This document shows positions 38,893 through 50,575 of a stretch of 64,000 nucleotides of DNA, one piece after another (position 1 is the first letter of the stretch; each line of letters starts with the position of its first letter). The notes under the pieces were generated by a model, which saw only the letters and a list, made by a program, of their open reading frames with translations, searched no databases and had not been told where the DNA came from. The DNA comes from Lama glama (taxonomy: Eukaryota). The stretch covers positions 18,540,001 through 18,604,000 of the forward strand of contig CM052832.1 of the NCBI GenBank assembly GCA_028534125.1. The letters are read 5' to 3'. A program made the position numbers and the translations under genes.

Positions 38893-40127
38893 CCCAGAAC
38901 TCTGTCTTGAACTTCTTCCCTGTCTAAACTCATTCCCAAGGTAATCCTATGTAGTCTCCTTTCCTTACATGCCCTTCCTCTGAACTCCAAACTTCATCTC
39001 TTCAGTTGCCTTCATCTGTTCTTGAGGCTAGATTTTCATCAAATTATGCAAAACCATGGCAACGTATCTGCCATCCATGAGCTATACACGTGACCTCTCC
39101 AAGAAGGTCTGGATCTCAGTCTTTGTCCCTACAGGTAGAAAATGCCCCTTACCACTACTATTCCTCTGTTATTTAGAGTTAATTTTACTTCTTATTAGCC
39201 AGTCCCCTGAGTCCTTACTCCAGCTCTAATTCCCTGGGTTAATTCTCTATATTAAAGTTTCCCTATTCAGATAACTATGTGGTTTCTTTATCCTGACTGG
39301 ATCTACTGATACAACCACAGACTTGTCTTTTTGTATATTACTAAATATTGAACCATTTGGATCATAGTTTGTCTTGTGTGCTCGATTTTCTCTCTACATT
39401 TTCCAGAATTTCTTTGCCTTTATTTTTTCAGGGGGAGAAAAAAAAACAAAACTGCAGCTGCCCCCCCACACACACACACACGAGGGAGAGAGGGCACATG
39501 TGCTCAATTCAAGGAACAACTGACTCAAAAGTTTGATTATTCTTCACTATCAAATTATGTCATTTCTTCTAATCTTATTAGTTAATCCTATCTTAGGGAG
39601 CTTTAGACTTTGTTTCACAGCACCACTGCACATTTTTGTTGTTTGTCCCAAATCGCTGCAGCTTTTGTATATGTATGATAATTAATAGGTCTATGGGTTA
39701 CTTTGTTTTACTTCATAGCTTCATAGTTTAAAAGGAGCTTTTTTAAACAGTAATGGACAATACATATTTGGATTTCTGTTTTTATTTCTTTCTTTAGATG
39801 TTTCTCTATACTCAGTGCAATAAATCAGCTCCTTGGAACTCTTTGACTAATAGTCCTGAATATATCACAAAATGTCATCAAATAATGACAGTTAATACAA
39901 AGATTTCTTGTCACATTCCTGACTCTCTTAGGAATGGAACTGGTATTTCACCATCATACATGATATTGGACTTTCAGTTGAGATATATTTGGCCCACATG
40001 TTAAGAATCCTATTAGGCATGTTTTACTGAATACTTTTTAAATGTGAAATAAGTATTAATTATTTAGCAAATTTTGAATTTAATGTAATTTTGGGAGATT
40101 TTGGGGCTTTTTATTTTTAGCACTGCC

Positions 40128-40588
40128 AGAGGGGAAAATTTCCCCCTATTCTTCTTGAGTTCTTTGGGTTGATTTAATAATTAAATTGACACAAGACAGA
40201 TTAACAGGAGAAAAAAAAAAACACCAGTTTAATTCATATTCATGGAAGTCTCATGGAAATGGAACCCCCTGAAGTGACCAAAGCAGACTATTTACATATC
40301 ACTTTTAGGGAAAGAAACAATTATTTGTGAAGGTTTAACAAAACTAAGGGGCTTGTTCTTGAGGTAGCAGACTAATGTAGAAATAACAAAGTTTGTTTAT
40401 ACAGTTTTCTTAGCTTTGAATTCCCTAACTCTGGTGATACAGTCTATCCTCCTGGTTCAGAGAGAATAGCTTCACATGGGAGAGTCATTTCCTGCTTTCC
40501 AGGAGAAAGTAGGAGATCAGAGTGGTTATTTAAAATCTTTTTTTCCACTGACTGTTTCTCAAGTAACTTTAATTCAAAATAATATGCC
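40128..40588 (-). mobile_element. ERV1/MER41-like LTR
   Basis: GGGGAAAATTTCCCC...TAAATTGACACAAGACAGATTAACAGGAGAAAA...ATTTCCTGCTTTC. Clearly homologous to 52542-53000. Confidence 0.75.
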
Positions 40589-41612
40589 GTTTTCCATAGC
40601 GGTTTTACCAATTTGCATTCCCAACAGTGTACTAGGGTTTCCTTTTCTCCATGTCTCACTGATATTTGTTATTTGTGTGGTCTTTTCGATGATAGCCATT
40701 CTGACAGGTGTGTTTAAAATTTTTATTATTTAAAGTACCTATAGAGAATATTTTCAAATGCATTTTTAGGAACTGTTGTTATGAATATAATGCTTTATCA
40801 GTATTGACTTACTAACTTGGTGAGTCACCTTTATGGATGTCCCAGGATTGAATCATCTTTGGATTCTGGGGAGGAACTTTATGAGGCAGTCATCAAGGAC
40901 TCCAGCTGCAGATAAACTAATTAAAGATCATCAGAAACCAAAGTATTTTCAGAACAACTAAGTTTCCAAAATAATAGCTGTAATTAACTATGTTGATATG
41001 CTAGTGGCTCTGAATCACACAGTTCACTTGGTAAGACATTTTTGTTGAATTTATTATTTGCAGATGTGGTAAACATTTAAGTTCACCAGGTAGACTACAA
41101 TTAATTCTACTTTTTATTAAGGTTGCAAAATCTTCTCATGAGCAATCCTCTGTCTTTAAGTCAAACATGTGAATTTATTTCCAGGCATATTTTTTAATAC
41201 ATCTGAAGCAGTCTTGTGCAATGGCATTGCTTCTAGAAAGCCTCTGAGTTTGTGTTAACTGGAGGGAGTATGGGAGACGCAATTTTTCAATAAAGGAGTA
41301 GCTCTAGAGAGACAAACTAAAAAGTGCCTTCATGGTGCCCATGTGTTTTGGTCTCTAGTGTTTTTCCAGCCTTTCTGGAAAGAGGCCAGATTATCTGTTT
41401 TTGTTATTTTGATGATTGTTATTCTATAAGTCTGAGATAGAAAAAATCAGGAGCCTCATAAAAAGCCTCTAGATTTAGAATGGGAATAACGAGCAAGTTT
41501 TCCTTCTTCTCTGTTTTCTATAGTGCGAGGAAAAGGAGTTTTCCCCATAATCTGACCCCCATCCCCTCAGGACACATACCAAGATTTGAGGCCAAAGAAC
41601 AAGTTGATGTTG

Positions 41613-41744
41613 GGAAGAGGGTATAGCTTAAGTGGTAGAGTGGATGCTTAACATTCATGAGGTCCTCAGTTCAATCCCCAGTACTTTCTCTAAAAATTAA
41701 GTAAGTAAACCTAATTACCTCCCCCTACAAAGGAAAAAAAAAAA
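41613..41744 (+). mobile_element. Vic-1-type tRNA-derived SINE (camelid)
   Basis: GGGTATAGCTTAAGTGGTAGAG...GTTCAATCCCCAGTAC...AAACCTAATTACCTCCCCC plus poly(A). 19-bp TSD with two mismatches at 41594-41612 and 41745-41763. Confidence 0.9.
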
Positions 41745-41846
41745 AAAGAACAAGTGAATGTTGAAAGAATTCCTTTGCCTCTCATTGTCCTCTGTACCTT
41801 TTTCATTTAGGGGCCACTCTTAAATGTATGAAGTGAGAGTTATAGA

Positions 41847-43029
41847 CAGTGATGTGCTGGTAAATGTTGAAAAACTGGCTATGAGAGAAAAACAAATAGA
41901 CAACAGAACATACATATATATATATGCATACATATGTTAATAAAACTCATGATTATCACTCAAGGGTTAGTGTAACAAATTCTGTTAAATGTTTTACATA
42001 GTTTTAGAAATAAATTTTAAGCCAAATTGCTTCCTTGATTTTCAGATTATACCTACAATTTCAAAGGAATTGCTATTTCTTGCAAAATATACTATCCACC
42101 TTTATAAATTTACTGCCAACAATAGTGTCATAAAATTAGACAGCAAATAACTCTTTGATTACTATCCATTTCATCACAGAAGTCACTCACACCACTGATC
42201 AATGAATATAGTCCTGACATAATTTTGATTCTTTTTTTTTTACTTTCCCCAAGTAAGAAAAAAGTATGTCAGAACATTGCTCAGATGTCAATGACATGAG
42301 TGACTACTTTGCTGAATCAGATAATAGCTGTTTTTTTTTAAATTTTTGTTTAGTTTTGGAGGGGAAGTAATTAGGTTTAGTTGTTTATTTTTAGAGCAGG
42401 TACTGGGGATTGAACCCTTGTGTATGCTAAGCATGCACTCTACCACTGAGCTATCTCCTTCCCCCTAATTAGGGTTTTTTTTTTAATTTAGATAACAGTT
42501 TTTGAATACTGAAAAAAAGTTTCCTTAATATTTGGGGCTATTCACAGTGTAAAAGCTACAGATACATCACACTTTTAAGTTTAATCCACATTTTCTCCAA
42601 GATGTTCTTAAACCTAGATAATCAATAAATCATAAATCTTATCAACAAAATAATGAGTAAAGTCCTGATTTATAGCATTTGCTGATTTCCATGATGTAAA
42701 AAACACCACCAGGCTGACTTCCAGCTACTAGCACATCTCTGAATCAGAGTTGGAAAAAGAAGCACAATAGAATGCCATTAAATGGCATTCTATCACTCAG
42801 ATAGAATTGATGAAAATAACCTCAAGGGCATAGATAATAGTAAATGGCAAATAATTTGGAAGTGCTGTGTATTTTCACCTGTTCTAAATTTATTTAAATG
42901 TAATGTCATATAACTTAATTTTTAATAATGGTGGTGTTTAACAACCAGCTTGCAAAATTCCCCCAAATTTAATTGGTGACCCTTGCAAGTCGGTTTGTTC
43001 TCCCTGGAGCCTGCTCCATCACAACACTG
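41847..43029. mobile_element. MER63-like hAT DNA transposon containing a nested SINE
   Basis: Terminal inverted repeats CAGTGATGTGCTGG ... CCATCACAACACTG, with internal TTTAACAACCAGCTTGCAAAATTC. Confidence 0.8.
42331..42470 (-). mobile_element. Vic-1-type SINE nested in the MER63-like element
   Basis: GGGGAAGTAATTAGGTTT...GTACTGGGGATTGAACCC...CACTCTACCACTGAGCTAT. Confidence 0.88.
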
Positions 43030-44289
43030 GCTCTGTGGATGATGACTTGTAAGGATTAGGGACAGAACTCAGTTCTTAAGAGAATCCCAAGTATCTGGCT
43101 CAAGCAAACTGCATAGGTGTGTTTCCTCAAACTTCACTATCCCCCCACTGCAGTCCATCCCCATTGGTGCCAACAGTCTCTCAGTAACACGCATCTGACC
43201 ACTTCACTCTCATACACAGAAGCTTTGAACATCTACTCTTTTGATTAGTGGTTCCAATCGCTTTAGCATCCCACACAAAGGTTTGTGTCCATTGTCCCCA
43301 AGCTGCCATCCAAACATATCTTCCCACTGTGTGCCTATGATGTCTAGTTATCTTAGACTCTTCATTACTCAGAGAAGCCATTCTGGCCACACCTCAGTGC
43401 CTTTGATGATTTATAGCATTTGATGATGCTTTTCTATCTCCCTCAGTGGGTCTTGCCCTTTCCTCTGCATGGCATTTAGTGACTCTCATCTAGGCCTGTC
43501 TCAAACAGCCTTCTCCTTGGAAAACGTCTCATCTTCCTTTCTCTGTTGAACAAGACTCTCAACCCAGTAGTTCTCATAACTTTTGTATATATTATCTGCT
43601 ATAGCAACAGTTTTATTTAGAGCACTTGTGATTTTCTGAAATTATCTGGTTCATTTATTTGTTCACTTCCATATCAATAAACTCCTTGAAATATTGTCTG
43701 GTTTACCCCCAGGGTCAAGAGCAGTATCTGTCACATCTGCATGTTCAGTGGCCCTCGTTTAATGAGTGGATGAAAGATATTTTAAGTCCTTAAGTATATT
43801 GGCATTCCAAGGTTCAACCATATAGTCTCACAATGTATTTTATCCTTAATAAGTTACTTGCTTGGATTTTATATATAAAATATTGAGATTAGCTTCAAGT
43901 CTTCCTGTGGTTTTGATTTCAGAGTAATTCTAGCTCATTAAACCCCATAGAAGCTGCTTCATTTTTCTATTAATTTACAAAACCTGGGATTAGTTTACAA
44001 AACCTGAGATTAAAATTTTCCTAACTTGTTGAGTTTGTTCTTTTTTTTTTAATTCTGATGGAAACAGAAGGCATCTCATTAAGAATGTATCATCAGAGAA
44101 CTGTGTTCAAAAGTCACTGAAAATAATCCATTCTTTGTGCGTTCATGTTACCAATATGATACACAATTAGCTTCTTTCATGTCAGTTTGTTTTCATTTTC
44201 AGAATTTGCTTATTTTCCCTTTGATTTAATTTTATTTCTTGAATCTGTGAAACACGAACATTGTTCAAAATTTCCCTCCTTTTACCTAA

Positions 44290-45185
44290 AATTTGCACTC
44301 AATATGCAATTTTTCTAACTTGCTTTCTTCATTTCACAGTATATCACAGAATTCTTTCTCTACCAGCACATGAAGATGAATGATTCTCATTCATTTTTGT
44401 GGCTCCCCAGGTACTCTCATATGAGTCTGTCCTGGAGATTATTCAACCTTTCCCCTATGGATGAACATTAACATTACTTCGTCTTTGTAAAATATTACAA
44501 ATAATGCCGCCTGAGCAACCTGGTACGTTTTTGATAATTCATATATGTAGAATCCCATTTTCAGGGTAGATTCTTAGAAATGGAATTCCTGGATCCACAG
44601 TTAAGACATGTTGCTTTGTTAGATATTACTAAATTTTCTCACAATATGTAATACATCATTTTACACTCCCACCAGCAATGTCTATGTGTGCCCATTTCTC
44701 CTTAGTATTGTCAACTGGGTGGGTTGTAGAATTTTTGACCATCTTATAGGCAAGAATTGATACCCTGTGTAGTTTTAATTTGCCCTTTATTTTGATTACA
44801 AATGAGTATTTGCCTTTTTCTCCCCTGTGAACCTTCTTTTCATCTTGTTAAATAAATAGGATTACACTGGATTTGATATCTTTAGGATGTTATGTCATTT
44901 CTGTCCACAAATGTAGGATGCGTCCTTGTTTATTTAAATCTACTTTTGATTCCTTTAGGAATATTTGAAGTTTTTCTCATGTAGGCAGATTTCTTATTAA
45001 GTTTACTCCGAGACATTTCACATATTTTGTTTCGTTTGAAAATTTGATCTTTTCCTTCTTATACATCTTCTAAATGATTATAGTTTATAATTAGTGCTAT
45101 TGATTTTTGTCTTAGTTTTATATCCTGACTACTGAATTCCTTTGCTTTTCACTGATTCTCTTGGGTTTTCTTTAAGAGAATCCTA
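44290..45185 (-). mobile_element. Old L1 remnants
   Basis: TAGATTCTTAGAAATGGAATTCCTGGATC, TTTACACTCCCACCAGCAATGT. Confidence 0.7.
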
Positions 45186-45269
45186 TTATCCTGTTGCCTA
45201 CAGATAGAGTGTGCCCTTCACTCTCTGGTTCCTGGGCTTCCATTTTCTTCCTTTCTGATGCTCCTTTAG

Positions 45270-45800
45270 AGAGCACTTATACAGCACTTGCTATGAGTCA
45301 GTCAATGTTCAGAAGCACTTTACATACAGTTATACTTTTAATACTCACACCAAATCTATGAAGTGAAGAGGCAAAACCCACAAAGGGACCAGCAAGACCT
45401 CCCAGGCAGGGTCATTGCCTTCCTTCTTTTGCACTTCTGTAAAAGGGCTTGCTTCTAGGAAAACAAAACTTACCCCTAAAATTCCATTGGTTCCCAAAAG
45501 CTCACTCCTGATTGGCCCATTTCTAATACCTCATTTGCATATGGCACAAACTTAATTGAAACCTAAAACCCCATAAAAGCCTGTGTAAAGCTGCAGTCAG
45601 GGTTCAGAGCTTGGAGTGTTAACTCCTCTGGGCCTGCCGGCATGATAAACCTGAGTTTTCCGACCCCCTGAGTGTTGCGTGGTCTCTCGACAGGATTCAG
45701 ATTTCTACAACAGAAGTACTGTCACTATCCTTATTTCACAGAGAGGCTGAGTAACTTGCTTGTACAGGGTAGAGTCAGGACTCCAGCCCTTGACCCTAAC
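45270..45800 (-). mobile_element. MIR split by the LTR at 45364-45712
   Basis: AGCACTTTACATAC...TTAATACTCACACCAAATCTATGAAG | GAAGTACTGTCACTATCCTTATTTCACAGAGAGG. Confidence 0.7.
45364..45712 (+). mobile_element. Intact solo LTR (ERV1-like, 349 bp)
   Basis: TG...CA termini with 4-bp TSD GAAG (45360-45363 and 45713-45716). Internal CCAAT boxes, octamer, TATA-like CATAAAA and degenerate poly(A) signal GATAAA. Confidence 0.85.
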
Positions 45801-46976
45801 TATAAGGTCTGTCCTCTGAGCCTCCGCCTATTAGAAAATAAAATTGTTTCCCTTAAACTTTCCTTCTCTTAGTTCAACAGCCTCAGAATTCTAACCTTAG
45901 CTTGGAGACAAAAGCAAGAGGAATTCCTTTTCTTTCTTTCTTTCCTTCTTTTTTTTTTTTTTTTAATATCCACAGATCTCTCTGAAAATGTCAGGCATCA
46001 CTTCAGACTCTACTTGACTATCCACTTCCACCATTTACTTTAAAAGCTTTTGAGTGGGTTCAGTGCCATTAGGTTCCTTTCTTTCCCACTCTGATTTTCA
46101 CTTCCCTTTCAATAAAAGATAATGATTAAGAGCAAAGACACCAGTGTTGTTAATACAAAAAAAAGGAAGGGCAGAATTAGGGCAGAATATATTTATTAAG
46201 TATGCTAATAGATGTGGAATTTTCATTGTGCTGAGTTAGTTTTGGCTTGGATTTGTCAAACACAGCCTCTTGCAAGTGACAGAAGTCAAACTGAAATAGC
46301 GTTTTAAAAGAGAGAGACAAAAGTGGAAGGTGATAGTGTTAAGTAGACTGGGACACCTGAAATGGTAAGAGCCTTTGGAACAAGCACAGTTGCTAAGTAT
46401 CTCCCCACCTCAAACTTCCAAACTCTTTGTTATTGTTGTTCCCCCTTACTTCACCTTTCTTCTCAATCTTTCCCAAGAGACAGGGAATACTCCTTTAGCC
46501 AATCCAGTCTAATTTACACCCTCAATAAAAGAAAGAAAAAGTGTGTTCAAGCTGCAGAGCTGAAAATTTCGGGAAGTCCTTTCACCTGCTCAGCTCAGAC
46601 CGCTTCCCCAACTTTGGGTTCAATCACTGGCCCTGGAGAGCAGTTCTGTTGGCTGTAACTCTGTATAATTATTCCAGCATTTTTCAAACTGCAGTATTCT
46701 ATCCTGCCTTGAAATCAATTTAGTGGGCACCCTAACAGGATTAAAAACTGACAATCTAAGTTTCAAGGAAAACCAGTTTTCACAGAGTAGTTACAAACAA
46801 CTTACAGGAAGGATGTCAAGATAACACTTCTAAATGGACTGATTTTTTGGAAATATTGTACATTGTTCTTTGGAATCTGGTCACGGCTCTTTCTCAGAAA
46901 CTGTGCGCGGCCTTTGGTGTTTGTTCCCTTTGCCTGGAAGTGCGTATTATTTGCTGGGATTTGCTAACTGGAGATG

Positions 46977-47217
46977 TTCCTTGCACTTGTCTCTGTTGTA
47001 GTGGCCGCTGATTTTCTCGGCTAATGGGCTGAACACCCGTCCTGGGTGATACTTGTGCAGTCAGGTGGGATGATGTGAGACTTGTAGCTGCCACGTAGTT
47101 TGCCAGTCCTCAAATCAACCATCATTCCCAGCAGACCTGCTTCTTACCAACCATGGAGGAGGAGACACGATAGACCTCTGCCATGAGCCTTGCCTACCTG
47201 CTACCCACTTTCAAAAT
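46977..47217 (-). pseudogene. Decayed histone H2A pseudogene (H2A.1/TH2A-like)
   Basis: Reverse strand has collinear H2A blocks: GGG TAG CAG GTA GGC AAG GCT CAT (GKQGGKAR), TCC TCC ATG GTT GGT (SSRAG), GGCAAACTAC (GNY), TCT CAC ATC ATC CC (TRIIP), ATC ACC CAG GAC GGGTGTTCAGCCC (IAQGGVLP), CAC TAC AAC AGA GAC AAG TGC AAG (HHHKAQSK). Contains a stop, frameshifts and large deletions. Confidence 0.8.
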
Positions 47218-47269
47218 CACAGAAATCAGACAAATAACAGTACTTAAGGCACAGCTGATGGAAGTATCC

Positions 47270-47460
47270 GCAGACTATTTTATCTACTTGACTAGGGGGA
47301 TAGAGTGTGGTTAGTGTTCTGATTGGCTGATGTCAGGTAGGCATCTATCCAACCAGAGTCGAACTGGCAGTCCTACTTCTACATATATTATACTATAATC
47401 ATTCGTCCAATCAGATTTGTTTGTTTCAAAACCTTATTTGAATATGCGGCCTATAAATAA
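47270..47460. promoter_or_regulatory. Bidirectional H2A/H2B-type histone promoter remnant
   Basis: ATTGG at 47322-47326, CCAAT at 47407-47411, H2B-box-like CCTTATTTGAATAT (octamer with C>A, 47436-47443), TATAAATA at 47452-47459, degenerate reverse TATA at about 47276-47284. Confidence 0.75.
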
Positions 47461-47519
47461 ATCCTTCCCACCACGTCGGCGTAAATCGTTAGCGTTTACT
47501 GGAGCGGGAGTTGTGTTGC

Positions 47520-47745
47520 AGTGATTGGTTCTCTAAGGGGGGGGGTTTGTGAGCTTCTCGGAAAGGCGGTGAGAAATGTGAAGACCACAAATGTTAACAT
47601 TACAACAGGAGTTTTATTTGCTTGATCCTAAAGCAAGTTTGCTACAAAGCCCAGCTGTGACAGTGGGGTCAATTCTCCTGGGGAACACCCGAAGTTGCAT
47701 AATTCGGTGCCTCTAGTGCTGCCCAGGAGACTGTAAGGCTCTAGG
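47520..47745 (+). pseudogene. Decayed histone H2B pseudogene
   Basis: Downstream of octamer/TATA. Remnant blocks TCCTAAAGCAAGTT (VLKQV), GACAGTGGGGTC (DTGI), GTGCCTCTAGTGCTGCCCAGGAGA (VRLLLPGE). Followed by a histone stem-loop. Start boundary approximate. Confidence 0.7.
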
Positions 47746-47760
47746 GTTTTTCACTAAAAG

Positions 47761-47808
47761 CCAAAGGCTTTATTTAGAGCCGCTTGAAGTTCTTTCATCA
47801 AAGGAATG
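47761..47808 (+). promoter_or_regulatory. Histone 3' stem-loop plus HDE-like purine tract
   Basis: CCAAA GGCTTT ATTT AGAGCC (stem 47766-47781, one G-U pair) versus consensus CCAAAGGCTCTTTTCAGAGCC. AAAGGAATG about 18 nt downstream. Confidence 0.8.
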
Positions 47809-47879
47809 TTTCCTGTCTACTGACTGTCAAGGACACCAGCTGAAAGTGAGTACTAATTCATAAGCTATAATTTTGTTAC

Positions 47880-48868
47880 TTGAGGATATTGTATAAGTGA
47901 AATCACACAGTATGTAACCTTTTGAGATTGGCTTTATCTTCATTTTTAGCATAATTCCCCAGGGATCCATCCAAGTTGTTGCATGTATCTATAGCTTGTC
48001 CCTTTTTATTGTTGAATAATATTCCATGATATGGGTAAACAACAGCATGTTTAACATCCACCTATTAAAGGACATCTTAGTTTTTTCTGAGCTTTGACCA
48101 TTACAAAGAAAACAAAATAAAAACAAATAAACAAAACCCTGATAGGAACATTCACACACAGATTTTTGTGTAAATGTAAGTTTTCATTTCTCTGGAATGA
48201 ATGCTCAGTAGTGGGAGTACTGGACACATGGTAAGCATATGTTTAGTTTTTTAAGAAACTACCAAAATATTTTCCAAAGTGATTGTACCATTTTATTTTC
48301 TCACCAGCAGTGTGTGAGAGATGAGAATGTGGACAGGAGTTTCTCCACATTCATGCCAGCATTTTACCTTTGTCACTATTTTTTAAATTTTATTTGCTTA
48401 ATAGGTATAAATTAATATTTCATCAGAGACATAATTTGTATTTCTGTAACGGTTATTAATGTTACATATCTTTTCATGTGCTTATTTGCCATCTGTATGT
48501 CCTCTTGGGCAAAATGTCTGTGATTTTTGCCCATGTGGGATGGTTTCTTTGGTTGTTTTTTTTGTTGTTTTTTTTTTAACTATTGAGCTTAAAAGTCTCT
48601 TCAAAGATAAGCCTTTTGTCATATATATATATATGGTTTGCATGAATTTTCTTTATGTCTGTAGTGTTTCTTTTTATCCTCTTCACAGGAGCTTTTACAG
48701 AACAAAAGTTTTTACTTTTGATGAGATTTACCAGTGTTAGTCTTTTCTGGATCATTTGGTTTCATGCCTAAGAAGTTTTTGCCTAACTCTAGATCCCAAA
48801 GACTTCTTTTTTTCATGGTTTTAAATTTTACATTTAAATCTACCATCCATTTTGAGTTATTTTTTTTT
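47880..48868 (-). mobile_element. L1M 3' region, antisense
   Basis: AAATCACACAGTATGTAACCTTTTGAGATTGGC, ATCCATCCAAGTTGTTGCATGTATC, TTTTCCAAAGTGATTGTACCATTTT. Confidence 0.85.
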
Positions 48869-49368
48869 NNNNNNNNNNNNNNNNNNNNNNNNNNNNNNNN
48901 NNNNNNNNNNNNNNNNNNNNNNNNNNNNNNNNNNNNNNNNNNNNNNNNNNNNNNNNNNNNNNNNNNNNNNNNNNNNNNNNNNNNNNNNNNNNNNNNNNNN
49001 NNNNNNNNNNNNNNNNNNNNNNNNNNNNNNNNNNNNNNNNNNNNNNNNNNNNNNNNNNNNNNNNNNNNNNNNNNNNNNNNNNNNNNNNNNNNNNNNNNNN
49101 NNNNNNNNNNNNNNNNNNNNNNNNNNNNNNNNNNNNNNNNNNNNNNNNNNNNNNNNNNNNNNNNNNNNNNNNNNNNNNNNNNNNNNNNNNNNNNNNNNNN
49201 NNNNNNNNNNNNNNNNNNNNNNNNNNNNNNNNNNNNNNNNNNNNNNNNNNNNNNNNNNNNNNNNNNNNNNNNNNNNNNNNNNNNNNNNNNNNNNNNNNNN
49301 NNNNNNNNNNNNNNNNNNNNNNNNNNNNNNNNNNNNNNNNNNNNNNNNNNNNNNNNNNNNNNNNNNNN
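48869..49368. other. Assembly gap (500 N)
   Basis: Run of N. Confidence 1.
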
Positions 49369-49537
49369 CTGTGTGTTAGATATTTATGTGTGGCTTGACT
49401 CATCACAAAATTCATATATGCTGTGTTATACTGCCGCACTTTCCCCTTGTTTTTTTCTGATAATCAAATGCTCTGTTGTGAAACATTCAGGATCTATTGG
49501 AAGGTCGAATTCTGCACCAGAGGCAGCTGAACCATCT

Positions 49538-49967
49538 AGGAAAGGGATCAGCAAACTTTTTCTGTAAAGAACATGAAAAGGTGTCCGACACCACTAATTT
49601 ATTAGGGAAATGCAAATCAAAACCACAATGAGATATCAGCTAACACCTGTTGGGATGGCTGCTACCAAAAAGACAAGAAGTAGCAAATATTTGGGAGGAT
49701 GTGGAGAAAAAGGGAACCTTCATACATTGTTGGTAGGACTTAAAATTGATGCAGTCACTGTGGAAAACAATGTCGAAGAATTAAGAGTAGAATTACCATA
49801 TGATCCAGCAATTTCATTTCTGGGTATTTATCTAAAGTATGTGAAAATACTAATTCAAATAGATATCTGCACCCCATGTTCATTGCAGCATTATTTACAG
49901 TAGCCAAGATATGGAAACAATTTTAGTTCTCATCAATGGATAAATAGATAAAAAGGATGTGAGATGT

Positions 49968-49998
<31 letters not shown>

Positions 49999-50575
49999 CA
50001 CACACATACATACTTACATATATACAGTAGAATACTACTCGGCCATGAAAAAGAGTGAAATTCTGCCATTTGAGGATTTTGAGGGCATCTTGGCATTCTG
50101 CTAAATGAAATAAGTCAGACAGAGAAAGACAAATACTGCATGATTTCACACATGTGTAATCTAAAAAGAAAATGAACGAACAACAAAAAAAAACTCATAG
50201 TTACAGAAATCATAGTAGTGATTACCATGGGGAAGTAGGTGGGGAATGGGTGAAATGGGTCAAGGGATCAGCTGTATAGTGATGGATGGTAACTAGACCT
50301 GTGATGATCATTTTGTAGAGTATACTGATGTAGAATTATAATACTTGATGTAGAAATATAAGTACACTTGTAACTTATATGATAATTATACACACATGCA
50401 CACACCCAGGTGGAACATATTTTTGGCTTTGCAAGACATGCTGTCTCTGCCATAATTAATTCTACTGGTGTAACCTGAAAACAGCCATAGACAATATAAA
50501 TGAATGGGCATGACCAGATATGGCCCATATTGGGCTGGATTTAGCCCAGGGTTGTAGTTTGTGCACTCCTGATCT
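49538..50575 (+). mobile_element. MER58A-like hAT MITE interrupted by an L1
   Basis: 5' piece AGGGATCAGCAAACTTTTTCTGTAAAG and 3' piece AACATATTTTTGGCTTTGC...AGCCATAGACAATATAAATGAATGGGC...GTAGTTTGTGCACTCCTG. Confidence 0.75.
49570..50390 (+). mobile_element. L1MA-like 3' fragment with internal (TA)n/(CA)n
   Basis: ORF 49610-49903 ([14 protein letters not shown]...ELPYDPAI) is the L1 ORF2 C-terminus, followed by the 3' UTR. Confidence 0.9.

Noticed and set aside
41620..41690. tRNA-like sequence
   Set aside because: It is the head of a SINE with a poly(A) tail and TSD, not a tRNA gene. The same applies to the copies at 38.8 kb and 42.4 kb.
46900..46945. Possible stem-loop for the H2A pseudogene
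   Set aside because: CCAAAGGC and GAGCC halves are present on the minus strand but too far apart, and the orientation is ambiguous.
46894..47094. 66-aa ORF on the minus strand
   Set aside because: Chance frame across the decayed H2A pseudogene; it does not preserve H2A protein sequence.
48734..49567. Long ORFs of 175-277 aa
   Set aside because: They span the N gap and the left flank is L1.
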